From Octopus sinensis (lineage: Eukaryota), in NCBI RefSeq assembly GCF_006345805.1, contig NC_042999.1, positions 90,086,001 to 90,150,000 on the forward strand: a stretch of 64,000 bases of DNA. The letters are read 5' to 3'. This document shows positions 48,776 through 61,789 of this stretch, piece after piece (positions within the stretch are counted from its first letter, which is position 1; each line of letters opens with the position of its first letter). The notes beneath the pieces are model-generated. The model was not told where the DNA came from and made no database searches. It saw only the letters and a program-made list of their open reading frames with translations. A program made the position numbers and the translations under genes.

Positions 48776-50754
48776 TATATGTATGTACTACATATGTTTT
48801 ATGTATACCCTAGTTTTGACATCATGTGATGGTTGTAAACGAGCATCACTAACATACAAGTGATGTTATTTGTTTCCAGTCTCCTGCGAAAAATATGTCT
48901 GGAAATGGGGAAATATTACTTTGCTTGGAAACAAGTGAGGGCTAGTGACAGGAAAGACATCCAACCATAGAAAACCTACTTCAATAAGTTATGTTTGATT
49001 TTGGAATCCTGGGAAAGTAGATGTTAAATGGTAATGATCATTGAGAGAACTCCTTTGTACTTGCCCAATATATTCAATGTAGAAACTTCCTTAACAGACA
49101 CCCTGTTGTCTTTAAAATGGGAACCGTAGATTTTGAGACATAAATGTTTGATCAGTGTACTGTCAAAAAAATTAACACCTGAGACACCCTGTATGTTCAG
49201 GTTCTGAATCTATCCAGAATTCCTGTTACTTGTATGTATGCATATTTGGATATCAGTGACATATGGTAAGCTCAGAAATAGGTTGTATTAAATTTTATAG
49301 TGAGTATGTTTCAATGATTTTATGTTCATGTATCGTGCTAGAAATGGGAAATACATGATTACCCTTTATATAGGAAATATGATGGTCAGGGACTGAAATG
49401 TACAAAAAATCCCTTTCCTTACTGTGCAAATTAGTATATAATAAATGTGTTCACTATTTAGCCTTTCATGCATGATTTTGTATTTAGAAATTATCTTTAT
49501 TTTTATAATTCACCTCCACACTATTGCTTACTGTATATTCAGCAGCTAATAAAATGATATTCATTACACTATCTCCATTACATATTTACCGTACCTCCTT
49601 TAATTTATGGATTATATGCATGAAAAAAAAACAAAAAAACTATAAATTTTCTGTATAATTGAAAGTTTAGAGGAATAACATTCTAGTAAGTTGGGAAAAT
49701 GAATGGACCTTACTGCCATTAATAAAATGGCTGAGTTTGAGATGAAGAAAAGGTGTCGGTAGAAATTCCATATAATTACCAAATGTAAACTATTGGCACG
49801 CAAGAGATGTAGTGGATTCATAAGCAGGTAGACTTTGTGTATGGTAACCTGCTTACAGAGTACATGTGAAATAGATTCCTTCAACTTCCTAGATGTTTCC
49901 TACATGTATTTAATAGCATTTGTTATCCCAGGGACCTAATTAGCAGTGGGAATAGATATTCTGAAAGCATAGCAGCTAGAGTTGGAGTGGAAAAAGTATA
50001 TTGAGCTGTTACCTCTACTGGAAGGTTTCTCTGCCAAAGTGAAATTCAGTCTATGATGCTTGTTTCCTTGAACATGCAGAGATAATGTAGTCTTCTCAGT
50101 GACAAGGCAACTCGTCTAGTGCTATAAAATGCATTCAGTACACTCCTATAGAATTGTTGTCACTAAAAAGAGTATACAGCTGTAGACACCATGTAGGAGT
50201 GAGCTGTGGGCTCCAACATGTCTAAGTTGGCAGTTATTCCAAATAAGAACTCAAACTGTGATGTTCGATAATTTGATGTTTTGATACTTTTGCACCTTGT
50301 ATTTTTCTCTCTTGTGCAAATCATTACTCACAAATCTGGGAACCACAAACGGATGTGGTGAGTGTTTCAGATTTGTGATTGTTGTATGCACAAATGAAAA
50401 ATCACCACTTTTGTAGTTTGCTTGATTCGTAGGAGCATTTATTGGTTATATGTCTGTTTGCTTGTCGTATTGTTAGCAGTGTATTGGTCATGCACTGTTA
50501 TTTTTGTCATTGTGAGAGCCAATGACAGGATAGGAAAATAGCACAAAGTGATCTTTCTCAATGAAAAGTTGACAGCCACCTCACACACTTTGGATTCTTG
50601 CGGAGAGAATGAATATCTTTAATCCATACACTACGAATGATCAGGATAGCTGGCACTATAAAAATTTGCAGGACCTTCTTAAAATTTAAAAGATAATGAG
50701 CAAAACAAAATGCTTTCCTTCCTTGCTATCAACCAGGTGGCCAGTCAAAATTCT

Positions 50755-50961
50755 TTTCTATTTTAGGCCAAGGCCCGAAATTTTTTTTGGTGGTGGTGGT
50801 GGGCAGTCAATTAGATCGACTCCAGTATGCAACTGGTACTTAATTTATCGATCCCAAAAAGATGAAAGCAAAGTCGACCTCGGCGGAATTTGAACTCAGG
50901 ACATAAAGACAGACGAAATACAGCTAGGCATTTCGCCCGGCGTGCTAACGATTTTGCCTTG
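50755..50961 (-). mobile_element. tRNA-derived SINE with 11-bp TSD
   Basis: TSD GTCAAAATTCT at 50744-50754 and 50962-50972; CpGs largely retained. Confidence 0.92.
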
Positions 50962-51004
50962 GTCAAAATTCTAAATTAAAAAGAGAAACAGAACACACAA
51001 ACAT

Positions 51005-51041
<37 letters not shown>

Positions 51042-54000
51042 CACACGTTTTTGTATTTTGTGTGTACGTATGTATATTTTTGTATGTAGGTATATGGGTG
51101 TGTTTATGTGCATGTATGTATATTTGTGTATGTATTTCTTTTTCTTCAGCTGACTCGTGTTTATATATTTTTCATGTATGTGTATATATATGTATATGTA
51201 AGTATATATGTTTATGTGTATGGATGTATATTTGTGTATGTATGTGTATGCACATGTATATTTGTGTATTCATACACGAATACACATACATATACTTAGA
51301 CAAACATACATACACTCTAACAAACACATAATACATATACAAAATATACATAAACACAGACGATTCTGTTGAAAAAGAATTTAAGAACTAAAAATCTTTT
51401 TCTGGAAATAATCGAATAAATATCTTCATTTCTCATTTGCTTTTTCAGAAAGATTGCCGAAGTGTGAATTTCAGTAATTCATCCTACACTTTTGTTTATT
51501 TGACAACTCAGCAGCTTGTTATTTATCGGGTCTTTTTACTGACGTCTACATTACTCCAGCTTCTTGCCTTGAGTAAATACCATACAGTGTTTGGAACACG
51601 ACATGTCCATCTCTCTAATTCTATTCTGCTACTGCTAGCAAGGGTTACTATTATTTCTAGCATCACAGTTGATTCTAATTCCTTAAGAAGTATTATTTAC
51701 TTTTCTAACTTCGATCTAGTGCTCATAAAATTATTAACAATGTAAACAATTGATTGTATTTACTTAGTCAAAAATTAATCTTTTATTTTGGCTTTATTAT
51801 TTCAGGGGTCTAAACTAGGTTTCGAACTCGGTTCGCCAATGTTTTGCATTAGTACTACTCTGGACCCGCCCCCTTAAGATATATATACGTGTTATTGAAA
51901 TTATTTCAAAGTCATCATAAATTGAAGAAATAATGTTTCCTTTGTTAAAAAAAAAAATTCTAGATAGTGTTTTTGGCAATTGTTATATTTCCCAATGGCA
52001 TCAGCAACATATGTAGACTAGAATAGGTTTGACCGGGAATTGAAGCCTCAAAACGATTTTGCTTTCATATGAGCTTACTTCATGTCTAAATATGAATAAA
52101 AACATTGAACAAGAAATTAGGGTGGATTTTAGGAATAGCTCACTTCGTCGGAATTGGGTGTTTTCTTTTTATTATTCTTCATTTCCTTACTATTGTCTCA
52201 TACAACAGAAATTACGATTCTGGAAGAATTATTTTTTCCATTGTTAGTCTCTATCCCTTCTCTGATTCCGTTCCCTTTTCATTCCCCATGAGATAGCGAT
52301 AACCATTCCAAAAACTCCACCGAAATAAATTTCCCATTTTGGCTCAAATGGAAACAGTAGAAATGATACAGTTGATAGTATCCAGCGTGTCGCTATTATT
52401 TATGTCGGACGCATGACAATGATATTTGAAGGCGACGGATAGCACAGACAGGCTCTCTATCGTCTCGTCTGTCTAAAACTGTCTTTGATATTAAAAAAAA
52501 AAATTGTCAGAAATTTATATAATTCTCTCTTCTATCCATATATAGGACCGCTTGTTTAATATGCTATTTAATATACAATCGTTCATCGTGATATCTTTTT
52601 CATTTGTAGTTTTAACTTATCGTTGGAAATAATTCTGTTTATTATCACACTCCGTTTACAATTTTTAGCGGAAAGAAATAGGTGTAACTTTATTGATTAA
52701 CCATGTATCTCTCCTCATTCGCACACGTCTCTACTCTATCCTAACATATCGCCACGTCTGTCTGTCGATATTCGTTTATTTCTCAATCTGTCTTTCTCTC
52801 TCTTCATACGCTTGTCTGTGTGTATGTATATGTATGGCCATCATGTGTATCAAAATACACGAAAATCGAAATCACATGGTCATTTGTATTCACACTTCTA
52901 CAAATTTCGATCAATATTCCTATAATATTTAGTTTTCAGCGATAGTTTTTTCTCGGAAGGCTATCGCAGTTGATCCAACTAATTAGTGTGTGTAGATAGG
53001 ACGGTTATATACGTGTGTGTAAAGTCAATTTTTTCAGTATGACAGAAGGATCGAATTGGCTAGAAATTTACTTGACGCTTGTAGATGAATTGTTTTCGAA
53101 GTGTGTGTGAATTAACTTGGAATATAAAATGTAAAACAGTATATCAGACATGGAGAGCTAGAGAATGGGAAAAAGAAAGGAGTGGGAGAAAAGACGTGGA
53201 AGCTTATTCGGATGCAGACGTGTATGAATGGAGAGAGTTATGCAGTCAATGTCAGATAGTCAAACTGATTTTTTTTACGTCCGTGTTTTAGAAGCTTTGG
53301 ATTATTAAATCTATTATATCGATGTTGATGAAATTGCGTAGTCATCTTTGCTAATATCTTCATGGTCCAGTGGTATTTTTTTTTCTCTCTAGTTTCAGCT
53401 CAGAGCTGCGGCCATGCTGATGCACCGCCGTTATGTTGAGTTTTATGTGATGTTTAATCACAGGTTAACACAGGTTACCGAGCAAAATTATGATCAAAGG
53501 CATTCCAACCATTACTTTCTCGTCTTTTGGGGGGTTATATACCACTACATTATTTAATGTGTCCTTTTTTGAGTCAGGGTATTTGTGGATGATTTGACTG
53601 CTACTTCTTGCGGGTGGAGCGATCACTTAGAGGCTCTATCGTTAATATCCATACGCCTGTTTTCTAACTGTAAGCTGGCCTTGATTGAGCTGACCTATGG
53701 TACAAGATATGCAAGTCGTGACCATTATCTCTTTTTAAAATGGTAGTAATATATGTAGGATTACACGGGCTGTTGACCATAGCTGTGTACTGGGTGTGGC
53801 CTGTAGCTATGTGGAATCATAGTTTAGTTCTATGTTAGCTCTAGTCGAGCAAATCAAAAACATTCCAGTTGTGACCATTTCCTCTTTTTTCCTCAGACAT
53901 TGTGTATCTACAAATATAACCAATGTCCTTTTTTTTTTTTTTTTTAAAAAAAGCAGCAAATTGTGATTTGAGTGAGATTTTGCTGCTATTTATAAGCTAG

Positions 54001-54248
54001 CTAAGTGACCTTATAGAAACCCTCTAACTAGTTTGTAACTGTGTTTGCAATATTATGTTAGGTAATGTCTACAATTGTGTGCTGTACTGCCAACAGCTAT
54101 ATGGAGTATTTCCCATGGCTATGTTGGGTATTTCCCACAGCTATGTGAGTGTCTCCCACAGTTGTGTGAAGTATTGCTTATACCTGTAACTGTTTAATGT
54201 TTGATCCTAACTGCCTGCTGTTTGCTCATAAATGATGAAATAGGCACC

Positions 54249-54324
54249 AGAGATACATTGCATGAAGCAGGAGCTGTTTACTGTCAAGTGAAAGAGATTA
54301 CACAGTTCCTGCTTTCTAATCTCT
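54249..54324. ncRNA. Candidate pre-miRNA-like hairpin
   Basis: 21-nt arms (54265-54285 / 54294-54314) with 18/21 pairs and an 8-nt loop, plus a basal AGAGAT/ATCTCT stem. No known mature sequence recognised. Confidence 0.35.
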
Positions 54325-55333
54325 TTCACTTGATGGTAAACCAAAGCATTAATATTACTGGGATTTCTTATGTATATTCAGCACAGTTATCTCCGGGTCA
54401 TATGTGTTTTACTTAACCCATACACTTTACCTGAGTGGGCTAATGAGAATCAAATTAGCCTTTGCAGTAGAAAGGTTCTATCTCTGATCTTTCTGTGGAC
54501 TTAATTCATGAGACTGAGTGCTAGTCTTGATATTTGCAGTTGGTGAAAGATGTCTAGTCTGTGCTCCCAAGTTAACTGTGATTTTGGCCACCAATATGCT
54601 TTTTGTGCTGGATAGAAGAGTCATACCTACAATTTCTTTGAGAAAGTCAAGTCATCCCATCAGATCCACTTGCAACTTCTAGTCAGTTATTTGATGCAAA
54701 ATAAAAAGCAGGTTCTCATCTTTTGTTTTAGCTTTAACATCTTATCGCTTAGATGATAAAATATTTATTAAAAATATCAGTGTTCAGAGGCAGTAAATAG
54801 ACAAAAGTCTCCTTGTTACCTACAGCATTTCACATATACCCCACAAGTATAATGAAGTTACAAATATAAAATTAAACTCAAAAGGGACTCAAAATCTATT
54901 GCACATTTGGGTGGTGTTGCTTGATGCTTGTTGGTTTTAAATCTGTGCAAGACCATCCATTTGACAATTTCTGTAAGGACTTTGTTGTACCTCATCTTGT
55001 AATCACCTCTAACACCTTAATATGGTTCAAAGTGCTTCACACAGTTTGCAGTATGGGTTCCTTTCATTACCCAAGATTGCTTAAAGTTGGTAAGAGAATT
55101 AGTCACAGCACACAGAAAGGAGAGCAACCTGCAGACTGCCTAACCATGTCATTTCTCTCTCTCTCCCTTGTCCTCTTCCCTGACAACTGTATCATCTTTA
55201 CTACTCCTACTAATCACCACTCCCACTATCTTCTGCATCTGTATTTGTCCCTAACTCATGGCTCCCTGTTCATCCATCCTTCAACCCTGCCCTATTTTGA
55301 GTCCATTGCAAGGGACTCAAAATACATGTATTT

Positions 55334-55700
55334 CATCATCATCATCATCCTTTAACGTTTATTTTCCTTGCTGGCATGGGTTGGACAGTTTGATTGGAGC
55401 TGGCAAGCTGGAGAGCTGCACCAAGTTCTAGCTTTATTTGGCTTGGTTTCTATGGCTGGATGCCCTTCCTAATGCCCACCATTTTTCAGTGTGTACTGGG
55501 TGCTTTTAATGTGGCACTGCAGGAATGCTTTTATGTGGCACCAGTTTGAGTGTTTTTTTTACATGACGCTAGCTCAAGACTCTTGCAGGCCAATCCTTCT
55601 CGCCACGAGGAGCAGCTTTAACACTTCAGCTGCATATGATAGATCTTCTTGAGTACATCAAAGTACCAGGTATCTCAGTCATCTCGTCTGAAAGGCTCAG
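55334..55700 (-). mobile_element. RTE-type tail element
   Basis: (CAT)n followed by the conserved tail and modules. Confidence 0.78.
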
Positions 55701-55924
55701 TGTCCTGAGGTCATCCTTCATTGTCCACTATTTCTCATGCAATCCCTAGCAACGTCTTGTAGAACCCTAGGCATTGAGAAATGCTGTTGTTTAATTAGTG
55801 TATACTACATTCAGCTAATTTAAGCCTGTCACATTGTCAGTGGTATGTGGCTAGAGTGTGTACTACCTGGGACAGCCTTGAGTTTGCCACCTCCACTCCA
55901 AATTAATTGCACAGTGATTCTGTC

Positions 55925-56100
55925 TTAAGGCTATGAAGTACTGGTTGCTTAACGTGGATGTAATTTGTGAAAGAGGGAGATCCAAGAAGACATGGGATGA
56001 TGTAGTGAAGGCTGATCTGAAGATGCTGAGCTTTATGGGGGAGATGACAAAGGATCCTGATGTTTGCTGATTCATTGTACTTGAGAAGAGTTGTACATCA
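55925..56100 (+). mobile_element. RTE C-terminal fragment followed by a pyrimidine-rich tract (56140-56900)
   Basis: ERGRSKKTWDDVVKADLKML. Confidence 0.75.
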
Positions 56101-57031
56101 CAGCCAAAAATTATGCTCTAAAACCGCCTTAGTTATGCTTGTACATGCAGGGGCCTTCCCCTCCTCTCTCACTGCTCCATCAAGCACTTGCCCACATCTC
56201 ATCCCCTAACACTCATCAATGTTACTACTTGGCTGCTGTAATCACCTCAGAACAGAATTGGTTCATATTACATCCCTTTCCCCATTTATTTGTACTTCCA
56301 TTTATCTTCCCCCCTCCCCCTGAAATAACTTCCATTTCTCATTATTTTCCCTGCCCACCTTATTTCCACCAATTACCTCCTTTCTGTGCTTTCAATCATT
56401 GCTCTGTCTATCTGTCTCTCTCCCTCCCCCTCTCCTCCCTTCTCTCTGCCATACTTCATTCTTAACATCTCTCATGTCTCCTATCATTCTCAGTGCCTTC
56501 TCATACCTGCCATCACATCTCACTTACTATGGACCTCTCTTATGTATCTCTACATCTTCCTCCCCACCAGTCCTACGTCTTGCACATTGTTTCATTATTT
56601 TCTGATATATTTTTCCTTCTTGAACCATTCCTATATCTCTTGCTTTACCCTTCTCCATACCGGTATTTCCCATCAACTGCACCTCAACCCTGGTTCATCA
56701 CTCACTACATTCACCTTCATCACTATCAGTCACCATCTATTAACTCTCTCAAGTCACACTCTAATGAAACTTTTCTCCTCTCCTCTCCTGATCCACTGTC
56801 TGTATCCTCTCTTATACTCACTTTCTTGTACCTTTTGAGTTTGCTCTGGCAAACTCACCACCATCTCTATCTTCCTTACAGCTACTTCCACCCACCAACC
56901 CACCATTATATAATGTGGTGTTGCTGGTTGAGTAACTGAAAAGAGATTCCCTCTGTGTTCTTAGTGTCCATAACAGTGTGATATATTGTCCATATTTATG
57001 AGTCGTTTTGTAAATATTTCTTAGAGATATT

Positions 57032-57242
57032 CTTTTCTACTCTAGGTACAAGGCCCAAAATTTTGTAGGAGTGGGCCAGTCGACTAGATCAACCCCAGTA
57101 TGCAACTGGTGCTTAATTTATCGACCCCGAAAGGATGAAAGGCAAAGTTGACCTTGGCAGAATTTAAACTCAGGATGTAAAAACATACGAAATACTGCTA
57201 AGCATTTTGCCTGGTGTGCTAACATTTCTGCCAGCTTTCCAC
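57032..57242 (-). mobile_element. tRNA-derived SINE with 12-bp TSD
   Basis: TSD CTTAGAGATATT at 57020-57031 and 57243-57254. Confidence 0.92.
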
Positions 57243-59269
57243 CTTAGAGATATTGCACAGATTTATATGTCTGGGTTGTTGCAGTTAGTTGTAGAATATT
57301 GACCGTGTTCGTGTGGAGTATTGCCCTCAGTTATGTAGTTCTACTTAACTTTATGAGTAGTTGTTCTAAAACAAAGAAATTGTAATCAAAAGACACAGGT
57401 AATTCTTTTATATCTATTTATCAATATTGTGAAAACATCAAAGGAAAATTATGTAACTATATTATCTTAGAATTTATACTTGAACCAGACGAATCTTGGT
57501 TAAAATAAGTCTCCCCTGACCATTGTAGCTTGGAAAGCTTTGAGGAGCTCTTTGTATTTTGTGAACAGAATTTCTACTAATTAGTAGTTCCTATTGATTT
57601 AATATCATTCCTTTGCCAACTGTATGTATCTCACCTATTATACTATATTATTTTCTACCTTAATGATTAACAATTTAACATAACTGTCTTATTTAATTGC
57701 TATGGACAAGTTATTAAAGACTGATAATGTACCTTTCTATTGTCACAGAATATATTAGTAATGTAATTTAACTCTTCTTCAGTTCTCAACTACAGCTTCT
57801 ACAACCAACAAAGGGGATGATACATGGTTGCTCAAACCAACCAAGAACCTCTAATTGGTTACCTAACCTGCCAAATCTCCTTTCAAATCACACCTTGTCA
57901 GTTTAAAAATCTATGAGACTCTGGATAATTTACTATGAAAAAAAAGAAAAGTAAAAAACAGGGTGGTCATGGCTGGATTGCTTTTGATGATAAGTCTGTT
58001 CAGAGCAACAATTGCATGATAATTACTGTATTGAATTATTCTAATAGTAAATCCTTTTGTAACTTTATAGTCTGTAACTGCAGGCAAAAATGTATAATAG
58101 CATTTCTTTACTTTTTTACTCTTATGGAACCCTTGATATTCATACCATGTCTCAGAACCCCTACATAAAAATTATATATCTTTTGAAATCCTTTTCTTTC
58201 TCTTTTATAAAGCTAAATTTCATAAGAGATTAAACAAATCCATCTGTCCTTGAAAGGCTCAGTAATACTAAATCCATCAGATGCCACAAAACGGGTTTAA
58301 GAAAGTTCATTTTAACCAAGACCTTGTTTAGACCTAATTCCTCTTAATTTCTTATTACTCATTGAGCATTTAAACTTGCCATATCCATATCCAGCCCAAA
58401 TATTCTATCTGTTTTGTGTTCAAAGTGACTAGAGTTGACCTTTCACGGCTATGCTACAATGTCATTCTAAAAATAAACAATCACATTATTAAAATCTTGA
58501 AACAATGAGATAATGCATAATTAATTTGAAACTATGTAAATAAATAAGCATTAGAGAAATATGAATACTAAGGGGTTAAGAGGTCATTTTCTTCCATAGG
58601 TTTCCTATTTGCAGATGCCACTATTTTGAATATGTTGTGAAAGTATAATAAAATTATGAATATAGGATTAAACACAAAAATGACTCATTGCATTTTGCAT
58701 ATAATTAGCTTAATTATGACTGTTTTTTGTGAAACACCTTCTGGTTCCAGAGAACACTGTTTGGGAAATATAGTTATAAAGTATATACTGCAATTAGCTA
58801 ATGTAAATCCATCATGTAGCAGCAGACCAGCTCCATTTACACACTCATTGATACAAGTAAAGAAACTTCTAGTTTCAAAGTGTCAGTTCTGTCATAGGGT
58901 ACACCAAGTCTGTTTGGACACCAAACTTCTTGTCTACAGAGGATAATAAACAATGATTTCTGCCACTTGGCAGTTTTGTTTTTACACATTACCACCACAC
59001 CAACATTTTGATATAAACTACTTTGCATGTGAGGAGCACAATTAATGACTACAACTTGCTCCAATTTATATAGCACCTGGCATATTTGGTTCCGTAATAA
59101 TATTCAGACACACCAACAACACATGAGCCAATGAGGGAACCTCTAAATAGTTACAAGAGCTGCACGAAATAACACCCAAATCTCACTCCATCTACACATT
59201 ATAATCTTTAAAATAGGTTACATTGGATAATGTATTCTTTAGCGTCATTGACATGAAAAAAAAAACACA

Positions 59270-59432
59270 CAGTGCACTCTGTAAGGTGGTTAATATTAGA
59301 AAAGGCATCCAGCCACAGGAACCATATTAAAGCAGACACCAGAGTTTGATGCAGTTCTCTGGCTCATTGGATCCTGTTAAACCATTCAACACATGCCAGC
59401 ATAAAAGATAGATGTTAAATGATGATCATGAT
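59270..59432 (+). mobile_element. RTE-type tail ending gatgat
   Basis: tgcactctgtaaggtggtt...aaaggcatccagcc...gatgttaaatgatgatc. Confidence 0.72.
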
Positions 59433-59749
59433 CACACCTGAAACATTTGATTGTAGGTTTGCTTGATCACACATAACCTGGAGCTAAACAGCAATAACAC
59501 TTTGCAAAATTTATACAATACAGAGCTGTATGAAGCTAGTCACTGTGGCTCAGTTGGAATTGCAGAATTGAGGTAAACAAGATGTAGTTTAGGTGTATTG
59601 CAAGGCAGGAAATTATAGATGTTATACAGCTGATATGATATCAAAGTTTTTGACCCAGAAAATATGTTTGTTGTTCTTGTTTGTCTTCCGGTCAGTCTTG
59701 GTCAGGCAGACTTATGATGATTTTGGCTCAAAGTTGGCAATTTTTTGAG

Positions 59750-59923
59750 GAGTGGGTAAGTCAGTTGCATTGACCTGGTGCTTGGGACAGTACTTTATCT
59801 TATTGATCCCCAAAGGATGAAAGGTAAAGTCATCCTTGGCAGGATTTGAACTCAGAATGTAAACAGCCAGAAAAATTACTGCTAAGCATTATGTCAGATG
59901 CATTAACAATTCTTTTAGCTCAC
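59750..59923 (-). mobile_element. Older tRNA-derived SINE copy
   Basis: ggatgaaaggtaaagtc...atttgaactcagaatg; same family as 32329-32538. Confidence 0.75.
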
Positions 59924-60668
59924 CACATTAAGCAGACTTATGATTAAAGGCAGTCGAGCCACAACTGTCTGATCTTTTCAAACATAATTTATCTCAGGCA
60001 ACATTATCCAGTAAGAAGGGTAGAGTGTGATTTGAAGGCTGCCATATCTAGCAAGTTGTACTGCTATGTAACACCTTCCTTCACTAGTGACCATGTACAA
60101 ACTTCTCATTGCCTGCAGTATGATGTTCAAAGACAGGGTTATGTGGTGAATGTTGAGTTATGCATAAAACCGTCTTCTGATAATATTTTCTTTCAGGTGA
60201 AAGTCCAAATCTAGTTACTAAACAATGGTGTTAAAATAAAATGAAAATATTTTATCCTTTTAAATACGGTAACACCTTTACTATAAACTCTAGTAACAGC
60301 TGGTTGATGTTTTTTTTATATTGTTACAGTAATCTCTGACATAATCTATTCTTTTGTGACAATCCTGCTCTTTTTCATTTAAAAAAAAATATGCGTTGTT
60401 AGTGAAAGGACTTCATGTAAAGATAAATATATTTGGGAACATGAAAGATGTAAAAGAACTGTGGTTGAAAGTGGAAGTTATATAGTTGTGACTGTAGTTG
60501 ATGTCTTTTAAGTGAAGTGCAGGTAACTATAACAATTGATTTTACAATTATGGATTTAGTATAAGGTTGATAACCTGACACTCTTAGCTATCCCACTCCT
60601 ATATTTTGATCATGCCCCAGCATGGCCACAGTCTAAATGACTAAAACATGTAAACAGTAAAAGATATA

Positions 60669-61717
60669 CAGGATGCAGTGAATAAATTGTTGTCTAAATT
60701 ACGCAAAAATGAAAATAACACTGACATCTCATTTAAACAGATATTTTTACCAAAATGGCATAGAAATATCTTAAAATACTAAAGAGTAAATTTATTCAAT
60801 AAAATCACCATTGGCTTCAACCACTGCCTCCAGATGACTTCAGAATCTCCTGCAACTCTTCTGAATGATCTCCTTAAGTTGGTGAATGCTGCCATAATCC
60901 TTGCTTTCAGTTCATATTTGGTGTTACATGGAGTTTTGTTGACTTCTTGCTCAACTATGCATAGTAAACAAAAGGGTTGCAGTCTGGGCTGTTAGGTGGC
61001 CAGATGTTAGGGGTGATGTGGTTGCAGAAATTGTTTGACAGCCATGTCTGGGTTCTTCTGCTTGTGTTATATGGTGCAGAGTCCTGTTGCTAGACATAGG
61101 GTCTTCCAGCAGTCACCCTCTTAACCCAGGGCAGCACTACCTCCTCCAGGCACTTGATGTAGGCCTCTGTGTTGAGTCTGAGGCTGTGTGGGAAGATGAA
61201 TGGAGGCATAAAATTGCCATCACTAGCGATCACACCAAACACCATAATGTTGACTGGATGTTTGATTGTTATTACTCTCAGTACATGTTTGGGTATACAG
61301 CAAGCCAATGCTTGTTTTGTGTGTTCACCATCTGATCCTGACAGAAATTTTTCTCATCTGAGAAAAACCAAAGCATATTCAGTTGGAGGGGATGCTTGAG
61401 TTTGTTAAAAACTTTTGTAACATGAGCTTTCCTCTTCACCATTAGACTCATCCAACTCTTTCCGAATCCTCTGCACTGTCCTCAAATTGACACCCAAACA
61501 CTCTGAAATCTTTGTATGGGAGCTTCTGGCATGAATGCCAAGCAGTACAGCATGTCATTTCGAAATTTCTGGCAGAGTGAATTGTGTCATCGTACTCTTT
61601 TCTCACAGACAGTGCTCAACTAACCCTACTATACTGTGTAGTCAACAAAATCTAAAACAAACAATGCATGCACGAAATTGAAAATATAAAATAGCAACAA
61701 TTTACCCATTTTATTGT
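60669..61717 (-). mobile_element. maT/mori-type (DD37D) transposon, internally deleted
   Basis: TA|CAGGATGCAGTGAATAAATTGTTG terminus; minus strand gives IKHPVNIMVFGVIASDG...QQDSAP...WPPNSPDCNP. The other TIR (~61694-61717) is degenerate. Confidence 0.85.
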
Positions 61718-61789
61718 TTACAAATTTTATAGATCTGTTTCTTGCATTTCAAGATTTTGTGGATATAATACATGCATTAAAATTATTGG

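Noticed and set aside
49821-49855. 9-bp stem hairpin TAAGCAGGT/ACCTGCTTA
   Set aside because: The stem does not extend; compatible with chance.
52059-52296. Short hydrophobic ORFs in the CpG-rich region
   Set aside because: No homology recognised, non-ATG starts and AT-rich low complexity.
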